A stretch of DNA of 49,939 bases from Nitrospirota bacterium (GTDB taxonomy: Bacteria > Nitrospirota > Thermodesulfovibrionia > UBA6902 > BMS3Bbin08): assembly GCA_030637135.1 (NCBI GenBank), contig DAOVVO010000001.1, positions 1 to 49,939 of the forward strand, given 5' to 3'. The notes beneath the pieces are model-generated. The model ran no database searches and was not told where the DNA came from. It saw only the letters and a list, made by a program, of their open reading frames with translations. Position numbers and translations under genes: made by a program. Positions 17,149 through 29,173 of this stretch are shown in pieces. How positions within the stretch are numbered: the first letter of the stretch is position 1; each line of letters starts with the position of its first letter.

Positions 17149-18363
17149 ATGCACAGGTACAAATTTAACACGATAGAAGAAGCTCTTAAAGATATTAAAA
17201 AGGGCACAATGGTTATCCTCATAGATGATGAAGATAGGGAAAATGAGGGTGACCTCACCGTAGCCGCTGGAAAAGTGACCTCTCAGGTTATAAATTTTAT
17301 GGCTAAATATGGGCGGGGTCTTATCTGTTTGTCATTAACTCCTGAAAGGGTGGAAGAACTCAAACTACCAATGATGACAAATAACAACACTTCACATTTT
17401 GGCACTGCTTTTACCGTTTCTATAGAAGCAAGAAAAGGCGTAACAACCGGTATTTCTGCAGCTGATAGGGCAAAAACGGTTCTTACAGCAATAGGTCCGA
17501 AAACAAAACCTGAAGACATTGTGCGGCCAGGACATATATTCCCCTTAAGGTCACAACCAGGAGGTGTGCTTAAGCGTGCTGGACAGACTGAAGGTTCTGT
17601 TGACCTGGCAAGACTGGCCGGACTGTATCCTGCAGGGGTTATTTGTGAAATAATGAATGAAGATGGCACCATGGCAAGGGTTCCGCACCTGATAAAGTTT
17701 GCACGTAAACACTCCTTGAAGATTATTACCATAAAGGACCTGATTACATACAGGATGCGCACGGAAAGTCTTGTGAGAAGGTTGGCAACAACAAAACTTC
17801 CAACGAAATATGGCGGTGAATTTAGTGCTACTGCCTTTGAAAATATAGTCGATGGTTCTGTTCATATAGCATTGGTAAAAGGTGATATCTCACCTGATGA
17901 CGACGTACTCGTCAGAGTACATTCTGAGTGTCTTACAGGGGATGTTTTTAGCTCAAGGAAATGTGACTGCGGCGACCAAATTCATAAAGCAATGGCTCGA
18001 ATCAAGAAGGAAGGGAAAGGGGTACTCCTGTATATGAGACAGGAGGGCAGAGGGATCGGTCTTGTTAATAAATTAAAGGCATATGAACTCCAGGATCAGG
18101 GGTTTGATACAGTTGAGGCAAATAAACAGCTCGGTTTTGAACCTGATTTACGGGATTATGGTACGGGTGCACAAATATTGGTTGCACTTGGGCTCCGAAA
18201 GATGCGCTTACTGACGAATAATCCAAAAAAAATAATTGGTCTTGAGGGATATGGTTTAAGCATCGTTGAAAGGGTTCCTATTGAAATAAAACCGCATGAG
18301 AAGAATATCGAATATCTATCAATAAAAAAGAAAAAACTTGGACATATTCTTAAAAAGGTGTAA
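17149..18363 (+). CDS. ribBA: Bifunctional 3,4-dihydroxy-2-butanone-4-phosphate synthase / GTP cyclohydrolase II
   Basis: [43 protein letters not shown]. Confidence 0.95.
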   Translation: MHRYKFNTIEEALKDIKKGTMVILIDDEDRENEGDLTVAAGKVTSQVINFMAKYGRGLICLSLTPERVEELKLPMMTNNNTSHFGTAFTVSIEARKGVTTGISAADRAKTVLTAIGPKTKPEDIVRPGHIFPLRSQPGGVLKRAGQTEGSVDLARLAGLYPAGVICEIMNEDGTMARVPHLIKFARKHSLKIITIKDLITYRMRTESLVRRLATTKLPTKYGGEFSATAFENIVDGSVHIALVKGDISPDDDVLVRVHSECLTGDVFSSRKCDCGDQIHKAMARIKKEGKGVLLYMRQEGRGIGLVNKLKAYELQDQGFDTVEANKQLGFEPDLRDYGTGAQILVALGLRKMRLLTNNPKKIIGLEGYGLSIVERVPIEIKPHEKNIEYLSIKKKKLGHILKKV

Positions 18364-18584
18364 AATGTTCGTTCTTTTATACAAAAGTTGAGATTCCTGA
18401 TATATATTTCAATCAAAATTTATAATGACAAACTAAAACATTACAGTGTCAAAAGCACAAATTAAAATGACAGATCAAAACTCAAAGAAATCTTTTATTG
18501 GTCATCTCGTTTTTTTAATATTTATTTCTAACTTTTGATGTATCTCATAGTGCTTAACATGTGGGTTTTTGAAAAGGAGGTTTT

Positions 18585-19046
18585 ATGAAGAAATACGAAG
18601 GGGAGCTTCAGGCAAAGGATCTGAAGTTTGCTGTGATTGTGAGCCGTTTCAATGAATTTATAACCAGCAAACTTCTCGATGGTGCAAAAGACGCCCTTTT
18701 AAGACACGGCGGTATTGAACAGAATATAGACGTAATAAAAGTCCCGGGTTCTTTTGAAATCCCTCTCGCAGCAAAAAAAATTGCTCTGAAGAAATCACAT
18801 GATGCAATTATCTGTCTGGGTACAATTATCAGGGGAGCAACTCCACATTTTGAGTATGTTGCTTCAGAAGCTGCCAAAGGAATAGCACTTGTTTCACTGG
18901 AAGCAGAGATTCCTGTAGCCTTCGGCATTATAACGGCAGATACAATTGAGCAGGCAATTGAAAGGGCCGGCACAAAGAGCGGCAATAAGGGATGGGACGC
19001 TGCATTAGTAGCAGTTGAGATGGCTCAACTTCTGAAGAAACTGTGA
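18585..19046 (+). CDS. ribH: 6,7-dimethyl-8-ribityllumazine synthase
   Basis: [34 protein letters not shown]. Confidence 0.95.
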   Translation: MKKYEGELQAKDLKFAVIVSRFNEFITSKLLDGAKDALLRHGGIEQNIDVIKVPGSFEIPLAAKKIALKKSHDAIICLGTIIRGATPHFEYVASEAAKGIALVSLEAEIPVAFGIITADTIEQAIERAGTKSGNKGWDAALVAVEMAQLLKKL

Positions 19047-19247
19047 TGCCAGAGCATGGTACTCAGAAAAAAAGTTTCCCCTTAGAGCGGCGAGGCCGAA
19101 AACTTGCTTTTTACTGCGTGAACCACGAAAAAAAGCATATAAATTTTGTAGTTCCACCCCTCTTTCATGTGCTGAATAGCGAATATAGATTACGACAACC
19201 TGCATCTTTTGTCTGTACTCTGTATTCTGACATCTGAATTCTATTTT

Positions 19248-19667
19248 ATGAAACGGCGTAGGGCCAGAGAATATGCTTTGCAAATACTGTTCCAGCTTGA
19301 TGTAACCAATAACGAATTCAGTAATGATTTATTTGAAGATTTCTGGGAAGATATTAAAGAAGATGAAGATATTAAACAATTTTCAAAAGCTCTTGTTATT
19401 GGAACAACCAAAAACATCGAGAAAATTGACGAAATAATAAAAAAAACTACAGAACACTGGTCTATTGAAAGAATGGCCATTGTTGACAGAAGCATTTTAA
19501 GAACCGCTGTTTATGAACTCCTTTACAGATCAGATATTCCCCCAACAGTGACAATAAATGAAGCTATTGAGATTTCAAAGAAATATTCAACAGAAGATTC
19601 AGCCTCTTTCATTAATGGAATTTTGGATAAAATTCAAAAAAGTGAAAAAATTGCAGGTGAACAGTAG
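19248..19667 (+). CDS. nusB: Transcription antitermination factor NusB
   Basis: MKRRRAREYALQILFQ, ILRTAVYEL, INEAIEISKKY, FINGILD. Confidence 0.92.
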   Translation: MKRRRAREYALQILFQLDVTNNEFSNDLFEDFWEDIKEDEDIKQFSKALVIGTTKNIEKIDEIIKKTTEHWSIERMAIVDRSILRTAVYELLYRSDIPPTVTINEAIEISKKYSTEDSASFINGILDKIQKSEKIAGEQ

Positions 19668-19758
19668 ATATCCCCTTTCTTCGATTTCTATGAGACGCAG
19701 GCAGTGTTGACCAACCCGGGGACTATTATCCTGGTGCTGTTGTGGTAGTGCACTAAAA

Positions 19759-19860
19759 GAACGAGCGTAACGTGCCTGACGCCTGCCTGCTCTATGAGTC
19801 GTAGACCGGTAGGCAAGGCAGTCAGGTTCCCCCTGGCTCGTATCGACGTGCTACAGGGGC
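19759..19860 (-). repeat. Inverted copy of the composite intergenic repeat (core CTGCTCTATGAGTCGTAGACC at 19787-19807)
   Basis: Reverse complement aligns by eye with 15750-15846. Bracketed by CCTGAC/GTCAGG. Confidence 0.85.
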
Positions 19861-20134
19861 TGTAATAAAAAATTTTATAGAAATAAAAAGAGGGCCTTAT
19901 GATATAGTATTTACGTTTACGCACAAGAAAATAATCATGCAGGATCACCCTCGTTTCTTACCGAAACGACTGTTACGAGTACCATGATGTACCTTAGTTA
20001 CAGGATTGTCTGATTTCACGGCTTTAAAACCTTAATTAAACGGACAGAAAAGATTTATAGATGAAAATAATGTGTGTAATCGTTTTTAGAAATCGGTTAA
20101 TCACATATAATGAACATCATACGAGGAGGCGAAT

Positions 20135-21478
20135 TTGATACCGAGATATTCGAGACCCGAGATGGCAGAAATCTGGAGACCACAGAATAAATTCCAGAGA
20201 TGGCTTGATGTTGAAATAGCTGCCTGTGAGGCATGGCACAAGCGTGGTGAAATATCTTCGAGGAGTCTTGCGGCCATTAAAAAACGAGCTAAATTTAATA
20301 TCTCGAGAATAGATGCAATAGAGAAGACCGTAAAACATGATGTCATTGCTTTTTTGACTTCAGTTGCTGAACATGTAGGGCCAGAGGCAAAAAACATCCA
20401 CAAGGGACTTACGTCCTCAGATATACTTGATACAGCTCTTGCGATTCTTATGAAGGATTCTGCCGCCTTCATAATGGATGATATAAGAGCGTTAATGGCT
20501 GTCCTTAAAACAAATGCGTATAAATATAAAAAAACAATTCAGATGGGCAGGAGCCATGGTATTCATGCTGAGCCTACAACATTTGGACTCAAGTTTGCTC
20601 TTTGGTATGATGAGATGAAGAGAAATCTTTTGAGAATGAAGGCCGCTCAGGAAATAGTCAGTTATGGCAAGCTTTCAGGACCTGTTGGCACGTTTGCGAG
20701 TCTTCCACCGTTTATTGAAAAGTATGTGTGTAAAAAACTCGGATTGAAGCCTGCATCAATATCTACCCAGATTATTCAGAGGGACAGACATGCAGAGTAT
20801 ATGAACACACTTGCACTCATTGCGAGTACTATCGAAAAAATTGCACTAGAAATCAGACATCTGCAGAGGACCGAACTTCTTGAAGCGGAAGAACCTTTTA
20901 CCAAAGGACAGAAAGGTTCATCAGCAATGCCGCATAAGCGGAATCCGGTTGGATGTGAAAATCTCTGCGGACTTTCAAGAATTGTACGCTCTTATGCTCT
21001 CGTAGCCATGGAAAACATTTCATTATGGCATGAGCGTGATATCAGCCATTCTTCTGTTGAGAGGATAATAATTCCTGACAGTTCAATACTTGTTGATTAT
21101 ATGCTGGCGAGAGTAACAGAGATTCTCAAAGGCCTTCACGTTTATCCCGAGAGAATGCGTGAGAATATGAATAGAAGTTATGGGCTTTACTGTTCACAGA
21201 GGGTTCTCCTCTCTCTTATAGAAAAGGGTTTGAGCCGGAATAATGCATATCGCCTTGTCCAGAACAATGCCATGAAGAGTTGGAAACAGAGGAAAAACTT
21301 TAAGGACATCCTCAAAAAAGACGTGCTTATCAATAAATATTTGTCCCCTCGTGAAATAGATTCATTATTTGATTTGTCGTATTATGTGAAGAACGTGGAT
21401 TATTTATTTAAAAGGGTATTCAGTGATAAAAATTCAAAAATAAAATCACAGAAATCAAAATTGAGAAGGCGGGATTAA
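20135..21478 (+). CDS. purB: Adenylosuccinate lyase
   Basis: TTG start. MIPRYSRPEM, GLTSSDILDT, SSAMPHKRNP signature. Confidence 0.95.
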   Translation: MIPRYSRPEMAEIWRPQNKFQRWLDVEIAACEAWHKRGEISSRSLAAIKKRAKFNISRIDAIEKTVKHDVIAFLTSVAEHVGPEAKNIHKGLTSSDILDTALAILMKDSAAFIMDDIRALMAVLKTNAYKYKKTIQMGRSHGIHAEPTTFGLKFALWYDEMKRNLLRMKAAQEIVSYGKLSGPVGTFASLPPFIEKYVCKKLGLKPASISTQIIQRDRHAEYMNTLALIASTIEKIALEIRHLQRTELLEAEEPFTKGQKGSSAMPHKRNPVGCENLCGLSRIVRSYALVAMENISLWHERDISHSSVERIIIPDSSILVDYMLARVTEILKGLHVYPERMRENMNRSYGLYCSQRVLLSLIEKGLSRNNAYRLVQNNAMKSWKQRKNFKDILKKDVLINKYLSPREIDSLFDLSYYVKNVDYLFKRVFSDKNSKIKSQKSKLRRRD

Positions 21479-21526
21479 TTTAACATTTTAATATCTTCTT
21501 TATCATAACCTGTGGGGTGGAGTACT

Positions 21527-22231
21527 ATGGAAAAGAAAGCACAATTATATGAAGGCAAGGCAAAAAAGCTTTTTGAGACATCTGATCCGGATCTGGTAAT
21601 CCAGTATTTCAAAGATGATGCTACTGCCTTTAATGCGCAGAAAAAAGGAACCATTAAAGACAAAGGGATTGTTAATAATAACATGTCTGCACGGCTATTT
21701 CGTCTGCTTGAGGAAGAGAGTATACCAACCCACTTTGTAAAACAGCTCAGCGACAGAGAGATGCTTGTAAAGAAATTAAAGATTCTTCCTGTCGAGGTCG
21801 TAGTTAGAAATATAATAGCAGGAAGTCTTGCAAAAAGACTCGGCATTGAAGAGGGAATACCCGCCCCTTTCCCGATAGTCGAATTTTACTATAAAAACGA
21901 CGCACTTGGAGATCCTCTGGTGACTGAAGACCATATCAGGGTTCTCGGCCTTGCAACAGCAGAGCAAGTAAGGGATATAAAAAACTATTCTCTCAGGATA
22001 AATGATGTCCTGATGAAATTTTTTGATGAAAGGGATATCCTGCTCGTTGATTTTAAACTCGAGTTTGGCATGCATAATAATGACCTGCTTCTTGGAGATG
22101 AGATAGCACCGGATACGTGCAGGCTCTGGGACAAAAAAAGCTTGGAAAAATTAGATAAAGACAGATTCCGGAGAGATTTAGGGAAAGTCGAAGAGGCATA
22201 TCAGGAAGTCCTGAAACGGGTGATGAAATAA
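21527..22231 (+). CDS. purC: Phosphoribosylaminoimidazole-succinocarboxamide synthase
   Basis: LYEGKAKKLF, VEVVVRN, DEIAPDTCRLWD, LDKDRFR. Confidence 0.94.
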   Translation: MEKKAQLYEGKAKKLFETSDPDLVIQYFKDDATAFNAQKKGTIKDKGIVNNNMSARLFRLLEEESIPTHFVKQLSDREMLVKKLKILPVEVVVRNIIAGSLAKRLGIEEGIPAPFPIVEFYYKNDALGDPLVTEDHIRVLGLATAEQVRDIKNYSLRINDVLMKFFDERDILLVDFKLEFGMHNNDLLLGDEIAPDTCRLWDKKSLEKLDKDRFRRDLGKVEEAYQEVLKRVMK

Positions 22232-22240
22232 TAGTTTTTT

Positions 22241-22471
22241 CTATATCAGCTTTTGTAGTTTTTCCTTTATCCTCTGGGATTTTGTCTTTCCGCCAAAAAG
22301 GAGTGCGGGTCCCATAATAAGCGGAATTAACCTTTGTATATCTTCAGATGTTATAGTATCAGGGGTTTTGCCTATCGCCTTGCACTTTTCTTTTACGATT
22401 ATACTGGATGTTATTTCTGACAGCTCGGCTTTTAAAATATCGTAAATCCGCTGGCCAAGGTCACTGCTCAT
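22241..22471 (-). CDS. Hypothetical small protein (76 aa), last gene of a 4-ORF minus-strand operon
   Basis: ORF whose start overlaps the stop of the upstream ORF (ATGA at 22468-22471). No family recognised. Confidence 0.5.
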   Translation of the reverse strand: MSSDLGQRIYDILKAELSEITSSIIVKEKCKAIGKTPDTITSEDIQRLIPLIMGPALLFGGKTKSQRIKEKLQKLI

Positions 22472-22794
22472 TTTTCAGTTATCCCAAATTCTTTTGCAAT
22501 ACTATTCAGTTTTTTTGCTGCAATAAATAACATAATATAAGCAATAGATATGAAAAGATATTCAGGATACTCCATAAATTCACCAATGGTTTTTTTCCAT
22601 TGAAATGCCTCCCTCAAAACATGCCAGAGTGAAAAAAGCATTAAAAAGAATATCGCGGGGATGAGATCAGTGGTAATTGTTTTTAACTCACTGTTTTCTG
22701 GAAATTTATTTTTTGCATTCATCACAAACAAAAAGGATATTATTCCTATGGTTATCATCACAATACCTAATATTGTTTCAAGTCCGAGTTCCAT
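22468..22794 (-). CDS. Hypothetical 3-TM membrane protein (108 aa)
   Basis: Three hydrophobic segments. AAGGAGAG Shine-Dalgarno site 6 nt upstream of the ATG. Confidence 0.55.
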   Translation of the reverse strand: MELGLETILGIVMITIGIISFLFVMNAKNKFPENSELKTITTDLIPAIFFLMLFSLWHVLREAFQWKKTIGEFMEYPEYLFISIAYIMLFIAAKKLNSIAKEFGITEK

Positions 22795-22838
22795 ATATCT
22801 CTCCTTTTTAGGTAGAATTTTGAACTTCTGACGAGGCC

Positions 22839-23093
22839 TTATTCGTTTTCAATCTTATAAACTAAATCGTGTTCCCGTACATAGTCTTTTACAGTTATAC
22901 CGATTACCTGACCTTTTCCTGCTTTTGTTACCTGTTTGTGTTCTATTTGCATTGATTCGATTTTTTGCTCGAAATCGGTTGTATGCCCCTTGATATGTAT
23001 GATATCTCCGATTTCCAGTTGATTACTTACATCTACGGCTGCCACCCCGATTGTTTTATAATAGTGAGTAATTTTCCCAGCCAGTACCTCCAT
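22839..23093 (-). CDS. Small beta-barrel protein resembling EF-Tu domain II (translation-factor-like, 84 aa)
   Basis: IGVAAVDV..L..GD.IHIKGHTTDFEQKIESMQIEH...GQVIGI.V pattern. GGAGG 7 nt upstream of the ATG. Confidence 0.65.
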   Translation of the reverse strand: MEVLAGKITHYYKTIGVAAVDVSNQLEIGDIIHIKGHTTDFEQKIESMQIEHKQVTKAGKGQVIGITVKDYVREHDLVYKIENE

Positions 23094-23110
23094 GACAGTA
23101 CCTCCTTGTT

Positions 23111-23257
23111 TTAGGAGTTATTATTTTTGGGGACTTCTTCGTCTTTCTCTTTATATACCTCTGTTATACTTGTAACTTTAATGCCAGCAGCCTGAAGTGC
23201 CTTCTGTATATCCATGGCTTTTGCATCCTGAACTTTAAGAATATAATTGTTTTTCAT
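23111..23257 (-). CDS. Unlisted 48-aa ORF (MKNNYILKVQDAKAMDIQKALQAAGIKVTSITEVYKEKDEEVPKNNNS)
   Basis: Translated by hand. GGAGGAGG lies 4 nt upstream of the ATG at 23257. The stop is 17 nt before the next ORF. It falls below the size cutoff of the supplied ORF track. Confidence 0.4.
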   Translation of the reverse strand: MKNNYILKVQDAKAMDIQKALQAAGIKVTSITEVYKEKDEEVPKNNNS

Positions 23258-23411
23258 ACATCCTCCTCCCTACAGCGAGAGAACAAATTCTTCAACACGC
23301 ATGTCATTGACTATTTTTTTTACTATTGTATCAGCGGTATTTTAACAAATCAAGAAATTAAAGCTTGATAACTATATAAAATTTATAAATATTTTTATAA
23401 AACAAGCGTTA

Positions 23412-23440
23412 TTGACAAAAGATGTATGCTATGTTATTTT
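23412..23440 (+). promoter_or_regulatory. Candidate promoter of the atp operon (TTGACA-17 nt-TATTTT)
   Basis: TTGACAAAA at 23412-23420 and TATTTT at 23435-23440. The same TTGACAAAA -35 form occurs at 40858 and 42518. Confidence 0.4.
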
Positions 23441-23510
23441 TTGAGAGTTTCCTGTATTTTTTAAACCCCTTTTGAGGATTCTATTTTCACGTGTTATGTG
23501 AGGAGTCTCA

Positions 23511-23930
23511 ATGTTAGAACTAAACGGATGGTTTTTTGTTCATCTCATAAATTTTTTAGTCCTGATTGTACTTTTAAATTACATACTTTTCAAACCTCTT
23601 TTGCGTACTTTATCAGAGAGAGAAGATCACATTAAGGGCGCTCTCAACAGTGCGGAAGCCATGAACATTGAAAAAGAAAATCAATTACGAGAAATAGAGG
23701 GGAAACTCACTGAAACAAGGGATAAGGCAAAAACAGTTTTTGAAAAGCTGAGCAGAGAAGGTCTTGCATCACAAAAAGAATTCGTCGAAAGAACTCAGAA
23801 AGATGCTGCGGAAATGACAAGAAAAGCCAGGGAGGATATCAAAAGAGAGGTTAAAAAAACAAAAGAGTCGATGAAGGGAGAAATTGAAGCCTTCTCAAAG
23901 ATGATCGTCGAAAAAATGGTCGGAGTATGA
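23511..23930 (+). CDS. atpF: F-type ATP synthase subunit b'
   Basis: One N-terminal TM helix plus a long charged helix. First gene of the atp cluster. Confidence 0.8.
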   Translation: MLELNGWFFVHLINFLVLIVLLNYILFKPLLRTLSEREDHIKGALNSAEAMNIEKENQLREIEGKLTETRDKAKTVFEKLSREGLASQKEFVERTQKDAAEMTRKAREDIKREVKKTKESMKGEIEAFSKMIVEKMVGV

Positions 23931-24547
23931 TAGAATTCAGATCCCGGATTGCAGATTACAGACAAAAACTAGAAAAAATTTTTTTTTATTTCATCGGTGT
24001 CCTGAGTTGCATTCTCTCTGTTTCCTCTCATGAGATAGCTTTCGCTGCAGAGGAAGCAGGACACTCTTTTAACTTTAAGGACCTGTTCTGGCCCATTATA
24101 AATTTTGCCATCCTCGTAATTATTCTTGTCAAATTTTTGGCTAAACCTGCAAAGGAGTATTTCAAAAAGCGCACAGAGCTGATAGAAAAGTCCATACAGG
24201 AAGCAGAGGCAGCACAAGAAATTGCACAGAAAACACTTGCCGAGGTAAAAGAGCGGCTCAAAAATATTGACCATGACATAAATGAAATACTGAATGCTGC
24301 ACAAAAAGCGGGAAAGAACGAAAAAGAAGCACTTGTCGCTGAAGGTGAGCACTTAAAAAATAAAATCTTAGAGCAGGCAAAGGCACAAATTGAGTTTGAG
24401 TTACAAAAAGCAAAAGATACAATAAAGTCTGAAGCGGCACTCTTGGCACTGGAGCTCGCAGAAAAACAGATTAAAGAAAGTCTCGGCAAAAAGGAGCAGG
24501 CGACTCTCATTGACGAATACATAAAGAAACTCGAGGTAAAGAAGTGA
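23927..24547 (+). CDS. atpF: F-type ATP synthase subunit b
   Basis: TM helix plus coiled charged helix (AEEYFKKRTELIEKSI-type). Overlaps both neighbouring genes by 4 nt. Confidence 0.8.
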   Translation: MIEFRSRIADYRQKLEKIFFYFIGVLSCILSVSSHEIAFAAEEAGHSFNFKDLFWPIINFAILVIILVKFLAKPAKEYFKKRTELIEKSIQEAEAAQEIAQKTLAEVKERLKNIDHDINEILNAAQKAGKNEKEALVAEGEHLKNKILEQAKAQIEFELQKAKDTIKSEAALLALELAEKQIKESLGKKEQATLIDEYIKKLEVKK

Positions 24548-25095
24548 ATAAGTCCCAGATTGCAAAAAAACTCAGCAGGTCATTGATTAACACATTTGAT
24601 ATTTCAGATATAAACGGGGTCCTTGAGGGACTTCACATATTCTCAAAAGTGATTAATTCCAGCAGAGAACTCAAGCTTTTATTTTCAAGCCGTATTTTCA
24701 CAGATAATGAAAAAGCTCAGGCATTAAAAATTCTGACTTCTCATCTTAAGATATCCCGGCAGTCTGAAAAATTTCTAAAACTCATTATTATGCATGGATA
24801 TCTGTCTGCAATGAAAGAAATCATAAAGGCATCAACTGATGCTTACAATGAAAAACTTAAAAAGGCAACAGCCCTTGTCATATCGCCGGTAGCATTAGAG
24901 CAAAACCATATTAAAAGACTTAAAAAAACACTCAGGGAGTTGACCAAGAGAGATGTTGATATTGATAGCAAGATTGATCCTGCGCTGCTCGGGGGGTTCA
25001 TTGTAAAGATTGGTAGTACAATCTATGATAGCAGCCTCAAAGGTCAGTTACGCCTTTTAAGGACAGAATTAACAAAAGAAATGTCAATAAATTAA
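24544..25095 (+). CDS. atpH: F-type ATP synthase subunit delta (OSCP)
   Basis: Position between b and alpha. C-terminal GGFIVKIGSTIYDSSLKGQL motif. GTG start. Confidence 0.88.
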   Translation: MNKSQIAKKLSRSLINTFDISDINGVLEGLHIFSKVINSSRELKLLFSSRIFTDNEKAQALKILTSHLKISRQSEKFLKLIIMHGYLSAMKEIIKASTDAYNEKLKKATALVISPVALEQNHIKRLKKTLRELTKRDVDIDSKIDPALLGGFIVKIGSTIYDSSLKGQLRLLRTELTKEMSIN

Positions 25096-25137
25096 GGAAA
25101 TCTTCCCAAAAAATTAAATTTTATACGGGGGTGTTTC

Positions 25138-26655
25138 ATGGAAGTTACGGAACTTAAAACCGAAGAAATAAGCGCACTTTTAAAAAAGCAAATCACCGAT
25201 TTTGAAAAACGCGTTGATGTAAGCGAAGTCGGTGCAATTATTAAAGTCGGTGACGGTATCGCGAGGGTCTATGGGTTGGAGAAATGTATGGCATCAGAAC
25301 TCCTCGAGTTTCCAAATGGGCTATATGGAATGGCGCTGAACCTTGAAGAAGACGCAGTTGGCGCAGTTCTCTTCGGTGAAGACAGACTTGTTAAAGAGGG
25401 CGATATCGTTAAACGCACCGGGAAGATTATGGAGGTGCCCGTAGGTGAGGCCATGGTTGGAAGAGTTGTGAACGCTATCGGTCAGCCCATAGACGGTAAG
25501 GGGCCGATTGATACAAAAGAGACGAGAATGGTTGATATTGTTGCCCCTGGCATAGTTGACAGGCAGCCTGTCGGAGAGCCACTTCAAACCGGTCTCAAGG
25601 CAATAGATTCTATGATTCCTATTGGAAGAGGGCAGAGGGAACTCATTATCGGTGACCGTCAGACAGGTAAGACCGCTATAGGAATTGATACCATTATAAA
25701 TCAGAAAGGCGGGGATGTTATCTGTATTTATGTAGCTGTTGGTCAAAAACGTGCAAATATTGTTCGTGTTGTTAAAACCCTTGAGGATTACGGAGCAATG
25801 GCTCATACAATTGTTGTAAACGCATCAGCCAGTGAGCCTGCTCCACTCCAGTATATAGCATCCTATACAGGATGTACGATAGGTGAGTATTTCAGAGACA
25901 ATGGCAAGCATGCCCTCATAATATATGATGATCTCAGCAAGCAGGCTGCTTCCTACAGACAGCTGTCTTTGCTGCTGAGGCGTCCGCCTGGACGTGAGGC
26001 ATATCCGGGTGATGTCTTTTACCTGCACTCAAGACTGCTTGAAAGGGCAGCAAAACTCTCAGATGAACTGGGAGGAGGCTCTCTCACTGCCCTCCCTATC
26101 ATTGAGACTCAGGCGGGAGACGTGTCTGGCTATATCCCGACAAATGTTATCTCAATTACAGACGGCCAGATATACCTTGAGCCGGAGCTGTTTTATGCCG
26201 GGGTAAGGCCTGCTGTTAATGTCGGTCTGTCTGTCAGCCGTGTGGGTGGTGCAGCACAGATAAAGGCAATGAAACAGATTGCGGGTATGTTACGGCTTGA
26301 CCTTGCGCAATTCAGGGAACTCGCTGCATTTGCACAGTTTGGCTCTGATCTCGATAAGGCAACCCTTGCCCAGATTGAAAGAGGGAAAAGAATGGTCGAG
26401 CTCCTGAAACAGGGTCAATACGTGCCACTCCCTGTTGAGCAGCAGGTAATGCTGATATTTGCTGGTACAGAAGGATTACTCGATGACATACCTGTTGAGG
26501 CCATAAAAAAATTTGATGAAGAATTTATTAAATTTATAACAGTCAATAAGGAAGACCTGTTGAAGGAAATAGGTGAAAAAAAGGCTCTCGATGATTCTTT
26601 AAAAGAAAAAATCTCCCAGGCAGTTGAGGAATTTAAAAAAGGGTTCAAGATTTAG
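25138..26655 (+). CDS. atpA: F-type ATP synthase subunit alpha
   Basis: GDRQTGKT Walker [31 protein letters not shown]. Confidence 0.97.
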   Translation: MEVTELKTEEISALLKKQITDFEKRVDVSEVGAIIKVGDGIARVYGLEKCMASELLEFPNGLYGMALNLEEDAVGAVLFGEDRLVKEGDIVKRTGKIMEVPVGEAMVGRVVNAIGQPIDGKGPIDTKETRMVDIVAPGIVDRQPVGEPLQTGLKAIDSMIPIGRGQRELIIGDRQTGKTAIGIDTIINQKGGDVICIYVAVGQKRANIVRVVKTLEDYGAMAHTIVVNASASEPAPLQYIASYTGCTIGEYFRDNGKHALIIYDDLSKQAASYRQLSLLLRRPPGREAYPGDVFYLHSRLLERAAKLSDELGGGSLTALPIIETQAGDVSGYIPTNVISITDGQIYLEPELFYAGVRPAVNVGLSVSRVGGAAQIKAMKQIAGMLRLDLAQFRELAAFAQFGSDLDKATLAQIERGKRMVELLKQGQYVPLPVEQQVMLIFAGTEGLLDDIPVEAIKKFDEEFIKFITVNKEDLLKEIGEKKALDDSLKEKISQAVEEFKKGFKI

Positions 26656-26657
26656 TT

Positions 26658-26697
26658 CTTAGCTGATAGTTCATAGCCTATATATCTATCAGCTAAG
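26658..26697. repeat. Perfect 12-bp inverted repeat (CTTAGCTGATAG ... CTATCAGCTAAG) with a 16-nt loop
   Basis: Read directly from the sequence. Begins 3 nt after the atpA stop codon. Confidence 0.85.
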
Positions 26698-26734
26698 AGC
26701 TATCAACCATAAGCTATTTAGGTAATTAAAGCAC

Positions 26735-27613
26735 ATGGCTACGTTACGGGATATAAAAAAGAGAATAAAAGCTGTCCAAAATACACAGAAGATTACCAAA
26801 GCCATGAAAATGGTGGCTGCTGCTAAACTCAGGAAGGTCCAGACGAGAATGTTTGAACTGAGACCCTATGCTGAAAAGATGAATACCGTTCTTCTCGACC
26901 TTGCCAGGGGAGCTGAAAAAGATGTGCATCCTCTACTCGCTGCAAGACCGAGAAAAATCGTTGAAGTTGTCGTGATCAGTGCTGACAGAGGGCTCTGTGG
27001 CGCCTTTAATACCAATATCCTCAAGGCTGCTCAAGACCATATTAATCATCTCAAAAAAGAGGGTTTTAAGATAAGTATAAGCACTATAGGCAAAAAGAGC
27101 GTTGATTATTTTAAGAGAAGGGAATTTCCTGTGCGGAAACTCTGGACAGGGCTTTCAGGTAGCATAATTTTCACCGATGTCCAGGAGATTGCCAATAACA
27201 TAAAAGAGAATTATATAAATAGGACAATTGATGAGGTAACACTTATATATAACGAATTCAAGTCCATGATAGCGCAGAAGATTTCAATAGTGAAGCTTCT
27301 GCCTCTGGCTCCTATTGAGGAGGTGGAGGAGGAAAGCGCTCTGAAATCTATGGGTCCTCACTTTATCTATGAACCTTCCATGCAAGAGATTTTTAACAGG
27401 TTAATCCCAAAGAATGTAGATATCCAGATCTATAGGGCACTTCTTGAAAGTTCGGCAGCAGAAGAGGCTGCACGGATGAGTGCTATGGAAAATGCGACAC
27501 AGAATTGCGATGAGATGGTAGATAAACTCACATTACAATTTAATAAGGCACGGCAGGCTGGAATTACAAGAGAATTGATGGATATTGTAGGCGGTGTTGA
27601 AGCGTTAAAATAA
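26735..27613 (+). CDS. atpG: F-type ATP synthase subunit gamma
   Basis: MATLRDIKKRIKAVQNTQKITKAMKMVAAAKLRK and the C-terminal ITRELMDIVGG. Confidence 0.96.
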   Translation: MATLRDIKKRIKAVQNTQKITKAMKMVAAAKLRKVQTRMFELRPYAEKMNTVLLDLARGAEKDVHPLLAARPRKIVEVVVISADRGLCGAFNTNILKAAQDHINHLKKEGFKISISTIGKKSVDYFKRREFPVRKLWTGLSGSIIFTDVQEIANNIKENYINRTIDEVTLIYNEFKSMIAQKISIVKLLPLAPIEEVEEESALKSMGPHFIYEPSMQEIFNRLIPKNVDIQIYRALLESSAAEEAARMSAMENATQNCDEMVDKLTLQFNKARQAGITRELMDIVGGVEALK

Positions 27614-27754
27614 AAATCAACAATAATAATTATGGGAAAACTTTAATAAAAAATATCGGAATGAGTCTTGTGAGGGGTCGATTCCGACTTTGTCGAGTGT
27701 CGTTCCGACCTAAATTTTAAGAATTGTATTTTTAATTTTTTCATGGGGGTATAG

Positions 27755-29173
<1,419 letters not shown>

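Noticed and set aside
16946-18584. FMN riboswitch expected near riboflavin genes.
   Set aside because: I looked in the ribE-ribBA and ribBA-ribH spacers and could not see the conserved FMN-element core. ribD and the operon leader are outside the window. This needs a covariance-model scan to be definitive.
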